A stretch of DNA of 64,000 nucleotides from Candidatus Woesearchaeota archaeon (lineage in GTDB: Archaea; Nanobdellota; Nanobdellia; Pacearchaeales; GW2011-AR1), in contig CAZHCL010000002.1 in the NCBI GenBank assembly GCA_964530955.1, positions 7,412-71,411 on the forward strand. The letters run 5' to 3'. The notes under the pieces were generated by a model. The model saw nothing but the letters and a program-made list of their open reading frames with translations, did no database searches and was not told the origin of the DNA. The position numbers were made by a program, and so were the translations under genes. Shown here in pieces: positions 35,335 to 45,493 of the stretch. How positions within the stretch are numbered: the stretch's first letter is position 1; every line of letters starts with the position of its first letter.

Positions 35335-36030
35335 TTACTTAAGCTGCTTCTGGAAATCATCAAGGTTGTCAGAAAGAGCTTCTATTGCCTTAAGAAGGAT
35401 ATCCTTTGCAGGCATATTCCCATAGGATTCTATTACCAAAACAATTTCATTTGAGTCAGTTGTAGCCTGCTTGTCAATATCCTCAATTGCCTTTTCTTCA
35501 GCACCATTCAAATCGCAAAGCCATTTGCTACCTTTCTTTTCAGGCTTGATTAATGATTTTGACTTCTGAACTATTGCATCTATCTGTGGAGAAGACTTAA
35601 CTTCCAATAAATGTCTGTAATAAAACAACCCAGGAGTATGTTTTGAATGTTCTATTCCTCTGCCAAGCTTTGCAGTTGCAACAAGTTCAAGTTTGCTTCC
35701 CTCTCCAAGAATAGTCAATGGAATTTTATCATATACTATGTCAGCAGCACCGCTTAAATCACCTGAATAAACAGTGCATGGTCCAGTCTTGCTAAGCTTA
35801 AAGTCTATTTTAGTCTTAGAAGTCATAGATTTTTCAGTCTTAAGGCAAACCAATCCAAGCCTGTGTGCTAATACCTCATCATAAAGAGCAGAATCATTCT
35901 TATACATTTCAACTTCATCAATTGCAAGAGTTGGAATCTCAGAAACGCTTCTTCTTATTGCATTTGCAAGAGCTTCATTAGCTTCAGTTCTCAGAACAAT
36001 TTTCTGGTCAGATTTTTCAATTACTTCCAT
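35335..36030 (-). CDS. rpoD: DNA-directed RNA polymerase subunit D (Rpo3)
   Basis: [45 protein letters not shown]. Only three Cys in total, so no 4Fe-4S domain. Confidence 0.85.
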   Translation of the reverse strand: MEVIEKSDQKIVLRTEANEALANAIRRSVSEIPTLAIDEVEMYKNDSALYDEVLAHRLGLVCLKTEKSMTSKTKIDFKLSKTGPCTVYSGDLSGAADIVYDKIPLTILGEGSKLELVATAKLGRGIEHSKHTPGLFYYRHLLEVKSSPQIDAIVQKSKSLIKPEKKGSKWLCDLNGAEEKAIEDIDKQATTDSNEIVLVIESYGNMPAKDILLKAIEALSDNLDDFQKQLK

Positions 36031-36103
36031 AGTGTTAAATGTAAAAAGAGGGTTTTAAACCTTCGGATTTTAAAGAAATTTTGGCTTTTTAAAGCTTTGT
36101 GAA

Positions 36104-37747
36104 TTAAATAGGCTGATAAGGATTTATCTGCTGAATAGGCTGGAGGTTGTTTTTAGCTTTTCTTATCTTAATTATATAATAAATAACGCCTATAACTGCG
36201 ATAATAAGAATCAATATGAGCATGAAAGTTACTATTGAACGAGTAGAAAAATTTGAAGGAGAACATTCCTGCGACTCTAGAGGTATGTTAGCCGAGCCGG
36301 AAGAACAGGAATTGGAATCTGTGCATGTCCTTGTTTGAGTTCCATTCTGATTACAGATAGACCAATCAGCACAAGACCAGTTAGAAACACACGAAGAAAC
36401 ACATTGTTGAGTTGACGTGTAGGTAGTATTTTGCGGATTGCATGAATTTGAGTCTGTGCAAGTCTTTGTCTGATTTCCATTTAGACAATTACCCCAATCC
36501 CCACAAAACCAGTCTGGAGTACAAGTTTTTGAAGGTAATATCTCCCTCACTGCAGAACTTGTCAAACCTGAAATAGTGAATGTTGAATCTCCAATTGTAC
36601 AGCTCAAATTAGAAGCAAAATCAAACCCAGGACAATCAAGCAATATTTCTCCGGAATTGCTGCAATCATCAGACATATCAGAAATTCTTAAAACGTGAGA
36701 ATTTTTAGCACAAACCTGCGTACTTGAAGAGTTTATTTTATCAATAGTGATATTCTTTTCAACATTAAGACCAGAAACAAGAAGATAGCCAAAATCAGAT
36801 GAACTATTCTGCTTTTCAATTGATATTCCAGTTAAATCAAGATTACCCGAAGAATTATAATAGAAGCTTATTCTAGTTATATTTCCTTCTTCCATTTGAA
36901 CAAAAGAGTTGTTAGTCAAAGTAACAGAAGAAAGATCGCTTGTTCCATCAACAAACACAGTCACATTAAAGTTGTTCGCAGTTATTGAACTCGAATCGCC
37001 AACTATATTTCCAAAACTGCAACTAGAAGTAAAGTTTGCATGACTTGAATCAGGAAGAATGTTACAAGAATTAGTATCATTATACCAAGTTAGATAAGTA
37101 TTATTTGAATCACATGAATTTGTAACCTGCTGCCAGGTAGGAGTACAAGCACTACTCACATTAATGAAAACAAAAGAATCAATGGATTTATTAGCATCAA
37201 TTAAACCTGAGTTAGATAAATTATTATAAAAAAAGGTGCTTTGTGATGAAGTAAAATTAGCCGTCCAGGCAGAAGAGGCTAATCTAAAAACAGACCTGAA
37301 TTCAGTATCTGCGCTATTAGAACTAATTATCCCTCTATTAATTACGGAAGTAGAAAGAATATTCATATTTAAATTCTGATTTAAAGATAATGTTGAGATA
37401 GCTAAAGGAACCCCGGAAGAATTAAAGATTATCTTAAAAGCACTTAAAGTAGGTGATGCAGAATAGTTTGAATTTCCTAAATAATAAAAATCACCTGAAA
37501 CATTCTTGTAGGCTATAAAATTATTACATCCGCTGGATGAAGAAGAATTCATTATTATAATATTATCAGAACTTATAAGAAATATAGAATCCCAGACTGC
37601 TTTTATACTAGCAGTTGAACAGTCAGAAATCTGAGGAGGTGAGTAGATAGAGTAAGCATTAATATTACTGTTAAAAGCTAAAAATAAGAAAATAAGCACA
37701 ACAGCTGTAGCAAAAACAAAATAGATATATCCCCTTATTTTCTCCAT
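36104..37747 (-). CDS. Cell-surface protein: N-terminal signal/TM, S/N/T-rich ectodomain with many N-x-S/T sequons, Cys-rich repeats, C-terminal TM anchor
   Basis: The repeat C.P.W.C.DW..C..G.QT+TCTDSNSC occurs twice near the C-terminus, followed by FMLILILIIAVIGVIYYII. I prefer the ATG at 37747; the track start is TTG. Confidence 0.7.
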   Translation of the reverse strand: MEKIRGYIYFVFATAVVLIFLFLAFNSNINAYSIYSPPQISDCSTASIKAVWDSIFLISSDNIIIMNSSSSSGCNNFIAYKNVSGDFYYLGNSNYSASPTLSAFKIIFNSSGVPLAISTLSLNQNLNMNILSTSVINRGIISSNSADTEFRSVFRLASSAWTANFTSSQSTFFYNNLSNSGLIDANKSIDSFVFINVSSACTPTWQQVTNSCDSNNTYLTWYNDTNSCNILPDSSHANFTSSCSFGNIVGDSSSITANNFNVTVFVDGTSDLSSVTLTNNSFVQMEEGNITRISFYYNSSGNLDLTGISIEKQNSSSDFGYLLVSGLNVEKNITIDKINSSSTQVCAKNSHVLRISDMSDDCSNSGEILLDCPGFDFASNLSCTIGDSTFTISGLTSSAVREILPSKTCTPDWFCGDWGNCLNGNQTKTCTDSNSCNPQNTTYTSTQQCVSSCVSNWSCADWSICNQNGTQTRTCTDSNSCSSGSANIPLESQECSPSNFSTRSIVTFMLILILIIAVIGVIYYIIKIRKAKNNLQPIQQINPYQPI

Positions 37748-37793
37748 TAATTTCAAAGATAAACAGACATTAAAAAGTTTATGTTACTCCGAT

Positions 37794-38891
37794 TTATTTG
37801 ACTGCGCTTCCAACAGCCTCTGAGATATTTCTAAATCCCTCTCTTTCCAACATATCGGCAATACCTAAATTTATTTCACCAATCAAATTAGGTCCCTCAT
37901 AAATCATTCCAGTAATAAGTTCAACTAAGTTAGCTCCTAATTTTATCTTTTTGTAAGCATCCTCAGCAGAGAATATCCCCCCAACACCTATAAGAAAATA
38001 TTTTCCCCTAGTTTTTTTATAAACATACTTTAACATTTTATTAGATTTTTCCTCGACCACTTTTCCTGAAAATCCACCTTTAGCGGACTTGCTTTTTTTA
38101 GTTAAGTTTGAGATGATAAATCCAGTTATTTTATGCTTTCCAGAGATATGTATAATTGTATCAACCTCTTTTATACTTAAATCAGGGGATAATTTCACAA
38201 AAACAGGTTTTTTTATTTTTAACCTATCAGTTTCTTTCAAAAGAGATTCGTAAGCTTCTGCCCTGCTGAAAGGCTGTCCGCCATAGGCATTGGGACAACT
38301 TATATTTAGAACATAAAAATTTCCCATATTTAGCTCATTAAATTTTTTTAAAGAATAAATGTAATCTTTCAAACCAACAGAATCATTTGCAGTTTCCCTG
38401 CAGTTAGTCTTGGCAATACTTATGCCAAAAGGAATTTTATATTTTTCTCCTGACAAAGAATTAGAAATACTATCGACTCCCCTATTATTCAAACCTAAGT
38501 TTATCCAGAGACTTTTCTTACCTGCTATCCTTTCAAGCCTCTTTCCAGTATTTCCACCACAGGAAAGCCCAGTTACACTTCCGACTTCACTGAATCCAAA
38601 TCCGACATCTTCACAGATGCTTATTATCTCAGCATTTTTATCAAAGCCGGCAGAGAGTCCCACAGGATTGTTGAAAGTTGTTCCCATTACATTTTGTCTA
38701 AGAATAGGATTCTCGTAATAATACATATCTCTGATAATTTGTTTCGTCAGTCTATACTTTCCAAGAATTCTTCCAAATTTAATAAAAAATCTATGCATTA
38801 ACTCTGCATCAAAGTTAAAAGCAATTCTTTTAACAATATTAACATACAGCCAATGATTGACCTTATTTCTTACCTCAACTGCAGATTCCAT
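37794..38891 (-). CDS. pyrD: Dihydroorotate dehydrogenase (class-2-like sequence with Cys at the catalytic-base position)
   Basis: NPVGLSAGFDKNAE, GFGFSEVGSVT, NISCPNA, GGFSG. Confidence 0.85.
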   Translation of the reverse strand: MESAVEVRNKVNHWLYVNIVKRIAFNFDAELMHRFFIKFGRILGKYRLTKQIIRDMYYYENPILRQNVMGTTFNNPVGLSAGFDKNAEIISICEDVGFGFSEVGSVTGLSCGGNTGKRLERIAGKKSLWINLGLNNRGVDSISNSLSGEKYKIPFGISIAKTNCRETANDSVGLKDYIYSLKKFNELNMGNFYVLNISCPNAYGGQPFSRAEAYESLLKETDRLKIKKPVFVKLSPDLSIKEVDTIIHISGKHKITGFIISNLTKKSKSAKGGFSGKVVEEKSNKMLKYVYKKTRGKYFLIGVGGIFSAEDAYKKIKLGANLVELITGMIYEGPNLIGEINLGIADMLEREGFRNISEAVGSAVK

Positions 38892-38930
38892 AAAAATAAA
38901 GAATGTGTTTGTTTAAAAACATTAAGTAAA

Positions 38931-40619
38931 CTACTCTCTCTGCTTACCTGCTTCTTTCTGTATATCTTTAAGAGAAGCAATATCTGAAACATCTCTATCG
39001 GGACGGTAATTACTTATTCTTGGAAATCTGAGTGCATATCCCGAACTGTAGCTTATGCTTTTCTGAATATTCTGATAAGTCACAGAAACAACAACTTTTG
39101 GCTTGATAAATACTCTATTACCTTCTGACTCAGTTATTAGAGGTTTTAGAAGTTTAGTCATTTCATCATAGCTTGTTCCCTCTCCTTCCTTCTCTTTCAA
39201 TCCAGAGCTTACCATCCCGAGCTCAAGCATTTTATCTCCCTCTCTGCAAGCAACCATATAGCTTGTAAGCCAACCAGCCCTTTTACCAGTTCCATACTCT
39301 GCGCCCACAATTACTAAATCAAGATCATTTACAATAGGTTTCATCTTTACCATATATCCTACCTTCCTTCCCTGTTTATAGGGAGCATCGAGATTTTTCA
39401 TCATAATCCCCTCCTCGCCTATTTTAAGTGCAGACTCGTAAAACTTCTCAGCTTCTGAATCTGAATCAGTTATTATTTGGACAGCAGGCCTTATCACAAA
39501 AGATTTTTCCTTTATTATTTTTTCAAGGAGCTTTCTTCTTTCAATAAATTTATTGTTTAACATTCCTTTGCCATTGTAAAAAAGTACATCAAAAACGTTT
39601 ATTTCAACAGGGAGCTCATTTATCAGCTTATCAATGTCATATTTTCTTTTTATTCTCTGACTTATTGCCTCGAATGGCCTATACTTTTCAGTTTTTGGAT
39701 CAAAACCAACAGCCTCCGCATCTAAAATAAAGCTGTCCCCTTTTACAAATTTAGAAACAGCTTCAACTATATCGGGAAATTGTATAGTCACATTCTCAAG
39801 CTTCCTTGTAAACAATGAAATTTTTCCCTTGTCCTTATTTATCAATATCCTGAAACCATCATATTTATGCTCAATTGCCGCAGGTCTACCGCATATCCTG
39901 AACCCCTCATCAAAATCAGTCACTTTAGTGGCAAGCATGACCTTTATGGGCCTTCCTGGCTCAATATCTATCTTGTCCAACTCTTTTTCGCCTTTCATCG
40001 CAGCTTCAAAAACAAGAGCAGAGTCATTAGCAAGATCATATTTTTCTTCCAGTATTGGCTTCATCCTATCATCCGAATCAAAAAAAGCAGAATTTATTGC
40101 ATCAACAAGTAATGCATCAGCAACTCCTACTCTGAGATCGTTAAGAATTGTTCTTATAATATATTTTGATTCATTTGGAGAAGCAGAAGTTAAAAGTTCA
40201 GAAACAAGGTCAAGTTTTTTTTCTATACTTCCTTTTCCTTCTATATCTACTATCGCCCTTAAATTATCAAAAACTTTCTTTGCATCAAGATTTTGGGAGA
40301 ATAAAGCCTTCTGTTTCCTTTTCTCTGTATAAAATTTTGCAATCTCGCCCCAATCTCCTATCTTTCTAACCTTATCTTCCACTTCTTCTTGCTTTATTCC
40401 AAAAGCAGAGCAGATAACTTTCAAAGTCAGCTGACCAGAAATACCGAATTCACTTGGGTCATAATCAGGAAATACTTTTCCTCTCAGAAGATAAATCCAT
40501 CGAGCATCCCCTGATTTACTAAGTTTCTTCAAAAAAGAGGCAAGAATAGCTGTCTTCTCCAGTTTCTTAGTTGTCGATGCAAGAGATTCATAAACTTCAA
40601 CAAATTCCTTATATTGCAT
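38931..40619 (-). CDS. lig: ATP-dependent DNA ligase
   Basis: AIEHKYDGFRILI (KxDG adenylation motif), EGIMMK, OB-fold C-terminus. Confidence 0.95.
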   Translation of the reverse strand: MQYKEFVEVYESLASTTKKLEKTAILASFLKKLSKSGDARWIYLLRGKVFPDYDPSEFGISGQLTLKVICSAFGIKQEEVEDKVRKIGDWGEIAKFYTEKRKQKALFSQNLDAKKVFDNLRAIVDIEGKGSIEKKLDLVSELLTSASPNESKYIIRTILNDLRVGVADALLVDAINSAFFDSDDRMKPILEEKYDLANDSALVFEAAMKGEKELDKIDIEPGRPIKVMLATKVTDFDEGFRICGRPAAIEHKYDGFRILINKDKGKISLFTRKLENVTIQFPDIVEAVSKFVKGDSFILDAEAVGFDPKTEKYRPFEAISQRIKRKYDIDKLINELPVEINVFDVLFYNGKGMLNNKFIERRKLLEKIIKEKSFVIRPAVQIITDSDSEAEKFYESALKIGEEGIMMKNLDAPYKQGRKVGYMVKMKPIVNDLDLVIVGAEYGTGKRAGWLTSYMVACREGDKMLELGMVSSGLKEKEGEGTSYDEMTKLLKPLITESEGNRVFIKPKVVVSVTYQNIQKSISYSSGYALRFPRISNYRPDRDVSDIASLKDIQKEAGKQRE

Positions 40620-40668
40620 TATTTCTAAAAGTAAAAATGATATATAATCATTGCTATCATCAAATAAA

Positions 40669-41364
40669 TTAAATCCAGCCAGCTTTCTTTATTCCGCCAT
40701 CAACTATTTTAAATTCTAGCTCTTTCTCCTTCAAGCTTCTATGTTTCTTTAAAAAAGCAATTCTTTTTCCATTGTCGTTCACAAGTTCAATTATACATTT
40801 ACCCCAGTAATTCAAAATATCTCCTCCAACCATTCTTCTTTCATCCTGCCAATTATATACCTGATTAGTTACCAAAACAGGTATTTGCTTTTTCCTAGCT
40901 ATCTCAGCAAGCGTTTTCATCTGAGAAACAAGCTCAGCATTAATCCTTCTTAATGAGTCATCATCTTTTTCTCTTGCGGCTGCAAAGTCAAGTCTGTAAA
41001 GTATAGTCATACCATCAACCACTATCAATGAAACTTGATCTTTCAAATATTCATTTAATTTTTTGAAAGCATCTTTCTGCTCAGTAAAATTAGTAGGATT
41101 TAGTAGCAAGATATTTTTAAGAACTTTTTCAACTTCAGCCTTATCAGCATTAACAAGTTGTTTTACTCTTTCAGAACTGAAACCTCCTTCAGTATCAATA
41201 AAAATAACTTTGTTGCCTTTTTTTGCCTGAGAGACTGCAGCAAGCATACAAAAATTAGTCTTCCCAGAACCCGGGCCTCCATAAATAACACTTACAATGT
41301 CGTTCTCATACCCTCCGAAAAGCCATTTATTCAAGTCATAGCTTCCAGCAGATACTTTTACCAT
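40669..41364 (-). CDS. radB: RadB-like RecA-superfamily ATPase
   Basis: GGPGSGKTNFCM Walker A, LIVVDG Walker B-like, RecA/KaiC-type core. I prefer the ATG at 41364. Confidence 0.8.
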   Translation of the reverse strand: MVKVSAGSYDLNKWLFGGYENDIVSVIYGGPGSGKTNFCMLAAVSQAKKGNKVIFIDTEGGFSSERVKQLVNADKAEVEKVLKNILLLNPTNFTEQKDAFKKLNEYLKDQVSLIVVDGMTILYRLDFAAAREKDDDSLRRINAELVSQMKTLAEIARKKQIPVLVTNQVYNWQDERRMVGGDILNYWGKCIIELVNDNGKRIAFLKKHRSLKEKELEFKIVDGGIKKAGWI

Positions 41365-41419
41365 CAAATCCAAAGAAATAGAAGGTATATAAAAATAATG
41401 AAAATAAAATAAATAGGTT

Positions 41420-41611
41420 TTACTTCCTTCTCGAAGCTCTTGCGTTCTTTTCAGGCATCTCCATAGCGCAGAAACAGTTCTTGCAGCTAAAAGAGTGTAT
41501 AAGCAAAATTATACCTGCGATAACTACTATCCACTGTGAAATCGATGTCTGCCATAAAGCAAACACTATCACAACAATAGCAATTATCAATTCACACCAA
41601 CTCTTGCACAT
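41420..41611 (-). CDS. Small membrane protein with Cys motifs
   Basis: 2 TM; CKNCFC. Confidence 0.45.
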   Translation of the reverse strand: MCKSWCELIIAIVVIVFALWQTSISQWIVVIAGIILLIHSFSCKNCFCAMEMPEKNARASRRK

Positions 41612-41674
41612 GTCACACCTCCCATTATAGCGTCAATGAACTAGGGTTAATAAATATAAGCATTAACAAAAAAG

Positions 41675-42031
41675 TTAATATGCTTTTTTCTGTTTATATT
41701 GACTCCAATACTCAGGAGGAACAAGCAAGTTTAATTTACCTACTATTACGCTAACAGAATAATCAGCTTGAACATCACGGCGGTTATGGTTAACCCCTTT
41801 AAATTCTTCTTCAGCAGCACGTATTGCTCCTTCTAAAGAACCTTTATGCCTTGTAGTAGTAGACTTCTCTCCCTGGCTCTCCCATAAAGAATAAAGAAAC
41901 ACAGTATAATTAGCTCTCTCAGGGTTAAAACCCTCAAGCAGAGGCAATGCTTTTTCAGTTTGAATAATTTTTTCCCTTAATCTCTTAAGTGATTTTTTAA
42001 CATCTTTTCTAAGATAAGTTTGCAATTTCAT
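41675..42031 (-). CDS. Hypothetical protein
   Basis: ORF only. Confidence 0.5.
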   Translation of the reverse strand: MKLQTYLRKDVKKSLKRLREKIIQTEKALPLLEGFNPERANYTVFLYSLWESQGEKSTTTRHKGSLEGAIRAAEEEFKGVNHNRRDVQADYSVSVIVGKLNLLVPPEYWSQYKQKKAY

Positions 42032-42102
42032 ATTCTTACAAAAGAATTAAAGAAGGTTATAAAGATTATTGCATTAATTACATACTATTAGAAGATATAC
42101 AT

Positions 42103-42357
42103 TTATTTCTTCAAACCAGAAGCAAGCTTGTCACAATCTTTCTTTATAGCATCAATAGCATCAGCAACTGCCTTTTTGACAGGCTTGTTATTGCTCTCTA
42201 TACTGAAAATAAGCGGTTTTGAAGGATGCTCTCTTCTCCAGGCAGCAAATTCAACTCCCTGCTCATACAAATAAACCCTTAATATCTCTGCAATGGTAGG
42301 ATTGTCAATCCTAATTTCAATATCATTCTTTTCATTCTTAACAAGTTCAATGTTCAT
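42103..42357 (-). CDS. rpoL: DNA-directed RNA polymerase subunit L (Rpo11)
   Basis: IEIRIDNPTIAEILRVYLYEQGVEFAAWRREHPSKPLIFSIES follows the Rpb11/RpoL pattern. Confidence 0.75.
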   Translation of the reverse strand: MNIELVKNEKNDIEIRIDNPTIAEILRVYLYEQGVEFAAWRREHPSKPLIFSIESNNKPVKKAVADAIDAIKKDCDKLASGLKK

Positions 42358-42410
42358 AAAAGAATTGCTTTTCCTTGGTTTATAAAACTTTCTAAAAATA
42401 GAATAACAAA

Positions 42411-43010
42411 CTACTTGCTCTCTTCAGAATCATCATTGCTTACATCAATAACATCAACAAGCTCCTCAGCTTTAGTTCCTGGTTTGCTAGCACCCATTCT
42501 TTCAGTCCATTTGGGTTGAGAAAGAGAATGCTTCCTTGCAGTAAACCCTGAAGAAGTATCAGTAGAACTGCCAGCTCTTCTAAGATTGACTTTCAAATAA
42601 CTCTCGAGCTTGTTTATCAAGATATAATCATTATGAGGTATGATTCCATTTTCAATCATCTTTATATCCTCTTCAGGACTGTTAATGGCCTGAGCAAGCT
42701 GCTTTCTGTTTAAGTTCATCTGCTTTCTCCTAGAACCAACAATCCAATGAAAGTTTTCTACCAAGCTAGAAATAATCTCATTCTTATCATGCCAAGGTCT
42801 TCGGTATTTATCTATATCAAAATAAGCCTTTCTCTCTCCTCTTAATCTAGGAGTAAGTTTCATCTGCTTCTGGACAGCAGGAGAATCAAGTACTGATTGC
42901 TCAGGCTTTCTTATTACAAGTAATCCCTCTCTCTTTGCATATTCCGAGCTCACTCTTACAATTCTACCGTCCTCAATAGCTTCAACCAGATTTTTATCAT
43001 CTTCAGGCAT
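42411..43010 (-). CDS. HTH (XRE/MBF1-like) domain protein
   Basis: RRKQMNLNRKQLAQAINSPEEDIKMIENG. Confidence 0.6.
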   Translation of the reverse strand: MPEDDKNLVEAIEDGRIVRVSSEYAKREGLLVIRKPEQSVLDSPAVQKQMKLTPRLRGERKAYFDIDKYRRPWHDKNEIISSLVENFHWIVGSRRKQMNLNRKQLAQAINSPEEDIKMIENGIIPHNDYILINKLESYLKVNLRRAGSSTDTSSGFTARKHSLSQPKWTERMGASKPGTKAEELVDVIDVSNDDSEESK

Positions 43011-43034
43011 ACTTTTTAGTGTAGAACATAGTTT

Positions 43035-43703
43035 TTATTCTTTATTGCTATTGAAAATACTATTTTGAAGCTCATTAGAAGTAGGAACGCCATAGATAAT
43101 TTTACTTTCATCTATCACTATTGCAGGTTCAGAAGTTACATTATATCTGTCTAAAGTCAAATTTACAGATTCAAGTCCTAGATTAGCAGCAATAGGAATA
43201 AGTAATATCTTACCAGGGTTCTTTCCTTTGGTATCTAACAAAAGATTTGACAAAGTATACTGCTCAGCTTTTATGTTAGTATCTGTAGAATCATAATTAA
43301 AAAAGTAGGTTACTATGTGGAAGCTCTGATTACAGTTTTGCCTTATCTGAACAGCCTCATCCCACAACATTAATCTTAGTAAATCATATCTTTTATGAAC
43401 TTCTTTTAAATCAGAAGTGAACTTGCTTGCAGAATCATATTGTTCCAAAGCAGAGGCCTCTGCATAAATTCTGTCTGCAAAATTGAATGTGTCATTAACG
43501 GCGACACTGCAACTAATACTTCCCATTGTAACTTCCTTATTTCTTAATTGCTCATCGAGAAGACTTATTTCGGATTTCATAACATCAGAAGAAAGCTGGC
43601 TGGACCTCCCCTGCTCAAGGAAAAATCCCAAAGCTATTCCTATTATGAATACGATAATCGTAAATACAAGAGCCAACCAAAAAGCATGTTTGCTATTTAC
43701 CAT
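43035..43703 (-). CDS. N-terminally anchored membrane protein, hypothetical
   Basis: Single N-terminal TM. Overlaps the upstream GT2 gene by 7 nt. Confidence 0.55.
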   Translation of the reverse strand: MVNSKHAFWLALVFTIIVFIIGIALGFFLEQGRSSQLSSDVMKSEISLLDEQLRNKEVTMGSISCSVAVNDTFNFADRIYAEASALEQYDSASKFTSDLKEVHKRYDLLRLMLWDEAVQIRQNCNQSFHIVTYFFNYDSTDTNIKAEQYTLSNLLLDTKGKNPGKILLIPIAANLGLESVNLTLDRYNVTSEPAIVIDESKIIYGVPTSNELQNSIFNSNKE

Positions 43704-44929
43704 GAATATTTTCCCGTTACCAGCTTATACAATCCGGCAATCATGATTGTGGGATAAACTGATAAGTATACTATACTATAGAAGAATACGTTAAAAACAT
43801 TGTTATTTTCGAACTTGTGCGCATCCATCATTCTTAAAACCAAAAAAGTAAAGGAAATTCCAAGGAAAAACAAAGCAAATCCAAAAAAATTGAGAACAGA
43901 AGGTGAAAAGCTCAAATCCTGTAACTGTAAAACTGCTACGCTTGCATCGATTGAGTATTTGGTAGAGAGATAATACAAGAAAAGTTTTCTTGACAACAAG
44001 TAAGCAAGAAGCAAGAGCCCGAATAATCCTATAAAAAGAGAAATGCTAAAAAAAGGTATTATAAAAGAACCAAGCATCCCTTTACTAAAAGCTGAATCTC
44101 TGTATTTTATTATACACTGCGTGCCTCCAATGTTCCATCTTACTCTTTGCTTCCACCAATCCTTTAATTTAGTAGGAGTAGTTGTATAAACCTGCGTTGC
44201 AAGACACATTCTTGGCCTATATCCGTATGAACGCATTCTCCACACAATCTCTATATCTTGAGTCATATTGTGAGTATCAAAAAGACCTATTTCCATTAGA
44301 ACCTTTTTGCTGTAAAGAGCAAAGGGCCCAGGAGTTACGTAAACAGCATCAACAGAATCAAGAAGCTTTCTCTGAAATCCTATAATAAAATATTCTATCT
44401 GCTGCAGCCTCTGCATAAAAGTAACTGGTTTTTTTGATAACACTGAACAGGTTACTCCTCCAGTCTTTTCATCTTCCTGAAGAAATCCTATCATTTTAAG
44501 AAGAGCATCTCTTGCAGGAGCAGAATCGGCATCAGCAACAGCAATATACTTGTACCTAGCGGCCTTTATGCCTATATTGGTTGGCTCTGCGGCTCCACCA
44601 GAATTTCTTTTGTTAACAATTAGCTGAACATTCCCATGTTTTGCAGCATATTTTCTAACTATTTCTGCAGAATTATCACTAGAACAATCATCGACAACAA
44701 TTATCTCTATCATCTCCCTAGGGTAATCCAAATTAAGTAAAGATTCTATTGCCTCGCCGATAGTTTCAGATTCATTGTAACAGGGCATCACAATGCTCAC
44801 AGGCTCAGGCTTTCCTTTAGGATAAACAAAGAGTTCTTTCCTAGCTGTAAAAAAGATAGTAAGAAAAAGAAAGGAAATATAAAACCCTACAAAAATATAG
44901 AAAAAGAAAACAAAATCTAGCCAAGTCAT
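43697..44929 (-). CDS. Membrane-integrated family-2 glycosyltransferase with Q(R/Q)xRW motif (processive synthase-like)
   Basis: VSIVMPCYNESETIGEAIESLL, VVDDCSSDNS, VADADS, QRVRW, flanking TM helices. Confidence 0.9.
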   Translation of the reverse strand: MTWLDFVFFFYIFVGFYISFLFLTIFFTARKELFVYPKGKPEPVSIVMPCYNESETIGEAIESLLNLDYPREMIEIIVVDDCSSDNSAEIVRKYAAKHGNVQLIVNKRNSGGAAEPTNIGIKAARYKYIAVADADSAPARDALLKMIGFLQEDEKTGGVTCSVLSKKPVTFMQRLQQIEYFIIGFQRKLLDSVDAVYVTPGPFALYSKKVLMEIGLFDTHNMTQDIEIVWRMRSYGYRPRMCLATQVYTTTPTKLKDWWKQRVRWNIGGTQCIIKYRDSAFSKGMLGSFIIPFFSISLFIGLFGLLLLAYLLSRKLFLYYLSTKYSIDASVAVLQLQDLSFSPSVLNFFGFALFFLGISFTFLVLRMMDAHKFENNNVFNVFFYSIVYLSVYPTIMIAGLYKLVTGKYSW

Positions 44930-45447
44930 GCCGAAGGAGTGTTTTCTTCAGATTTATTTACATGAAAATAATCATGGAAACTCTCACTTAAGCTGAGTTC
45001 AGAGGTATGCCCCGTTTTCTTTTTGTGAATCAATCCCATCTCGGCAAACTTTTTTATGTGGTCATAGGCCTTGTTGCCTCTTATCTTTATTATTACACTT
45101 TGTTTTATCGGCTGCTTGTAGGCAATTATCGCCAGTGTTTCCTGCTCTGCCCTTGAAAATTCAGAGCTTCCTGTAGCAAGCCTGTTAACCATGCCAACAT
45201 ATTCCTGAGCAACATCCATCTTCCACATATTATTTTGCTGCACAAGCTCAATTCCTGAATTACTATACTTATCGCTTAAATCCTCAAGTATTTTCTTAAG
45301 CAAAATAGGGTTAACATCTGTAAGAGAAACAAGTTCCTGAATGCTCAAATATCTTCCAGCAATGAAAAGTGCTGCCTCTACTTTTCTAGTGCTTTCAATC
45401 TCGGCAGCCTGATCAACTTCTTCGATGCTTTCTCTGCTTATTTCCAT
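44926..45447 (-). CDS. scpB: Segregation and condensation protein B
   Basis: VEAALFIAGRYLSIQEL...LSRAEQETLAIIAYKQPI. Confidence 0.8.
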   Translation of the reverse strand: MEISRESIEEVDQAAEIESTRKVEAALFIAGRYLSIQELVSLTDVNPILLKKILEDLSDKYSNSGIELVQQNNMWKMDVAQEYVGMVNRLATGSSEFSRAEQETLAIIAYKQPIKQSVIIKIRGNKAYDHIKKFAEMGLIHKKKTGHTSELSLSESFHDYFHVNKSEENTPSA

Positions 45448-45493
45448 AGAATAAATTAGTCTTGTAACCTTTAAAAATTATATGTAATGAAAA

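Noticed and set aside
39829-40369. Plus-strand ORFs (167, 81 and 67 aa) inside the DNA ligase gene
   Set aside because: They are antisense to a full-length ATP-dependent ligase with the KxDG motif, and their S/F/I-rich composition is typical of shadow frames.
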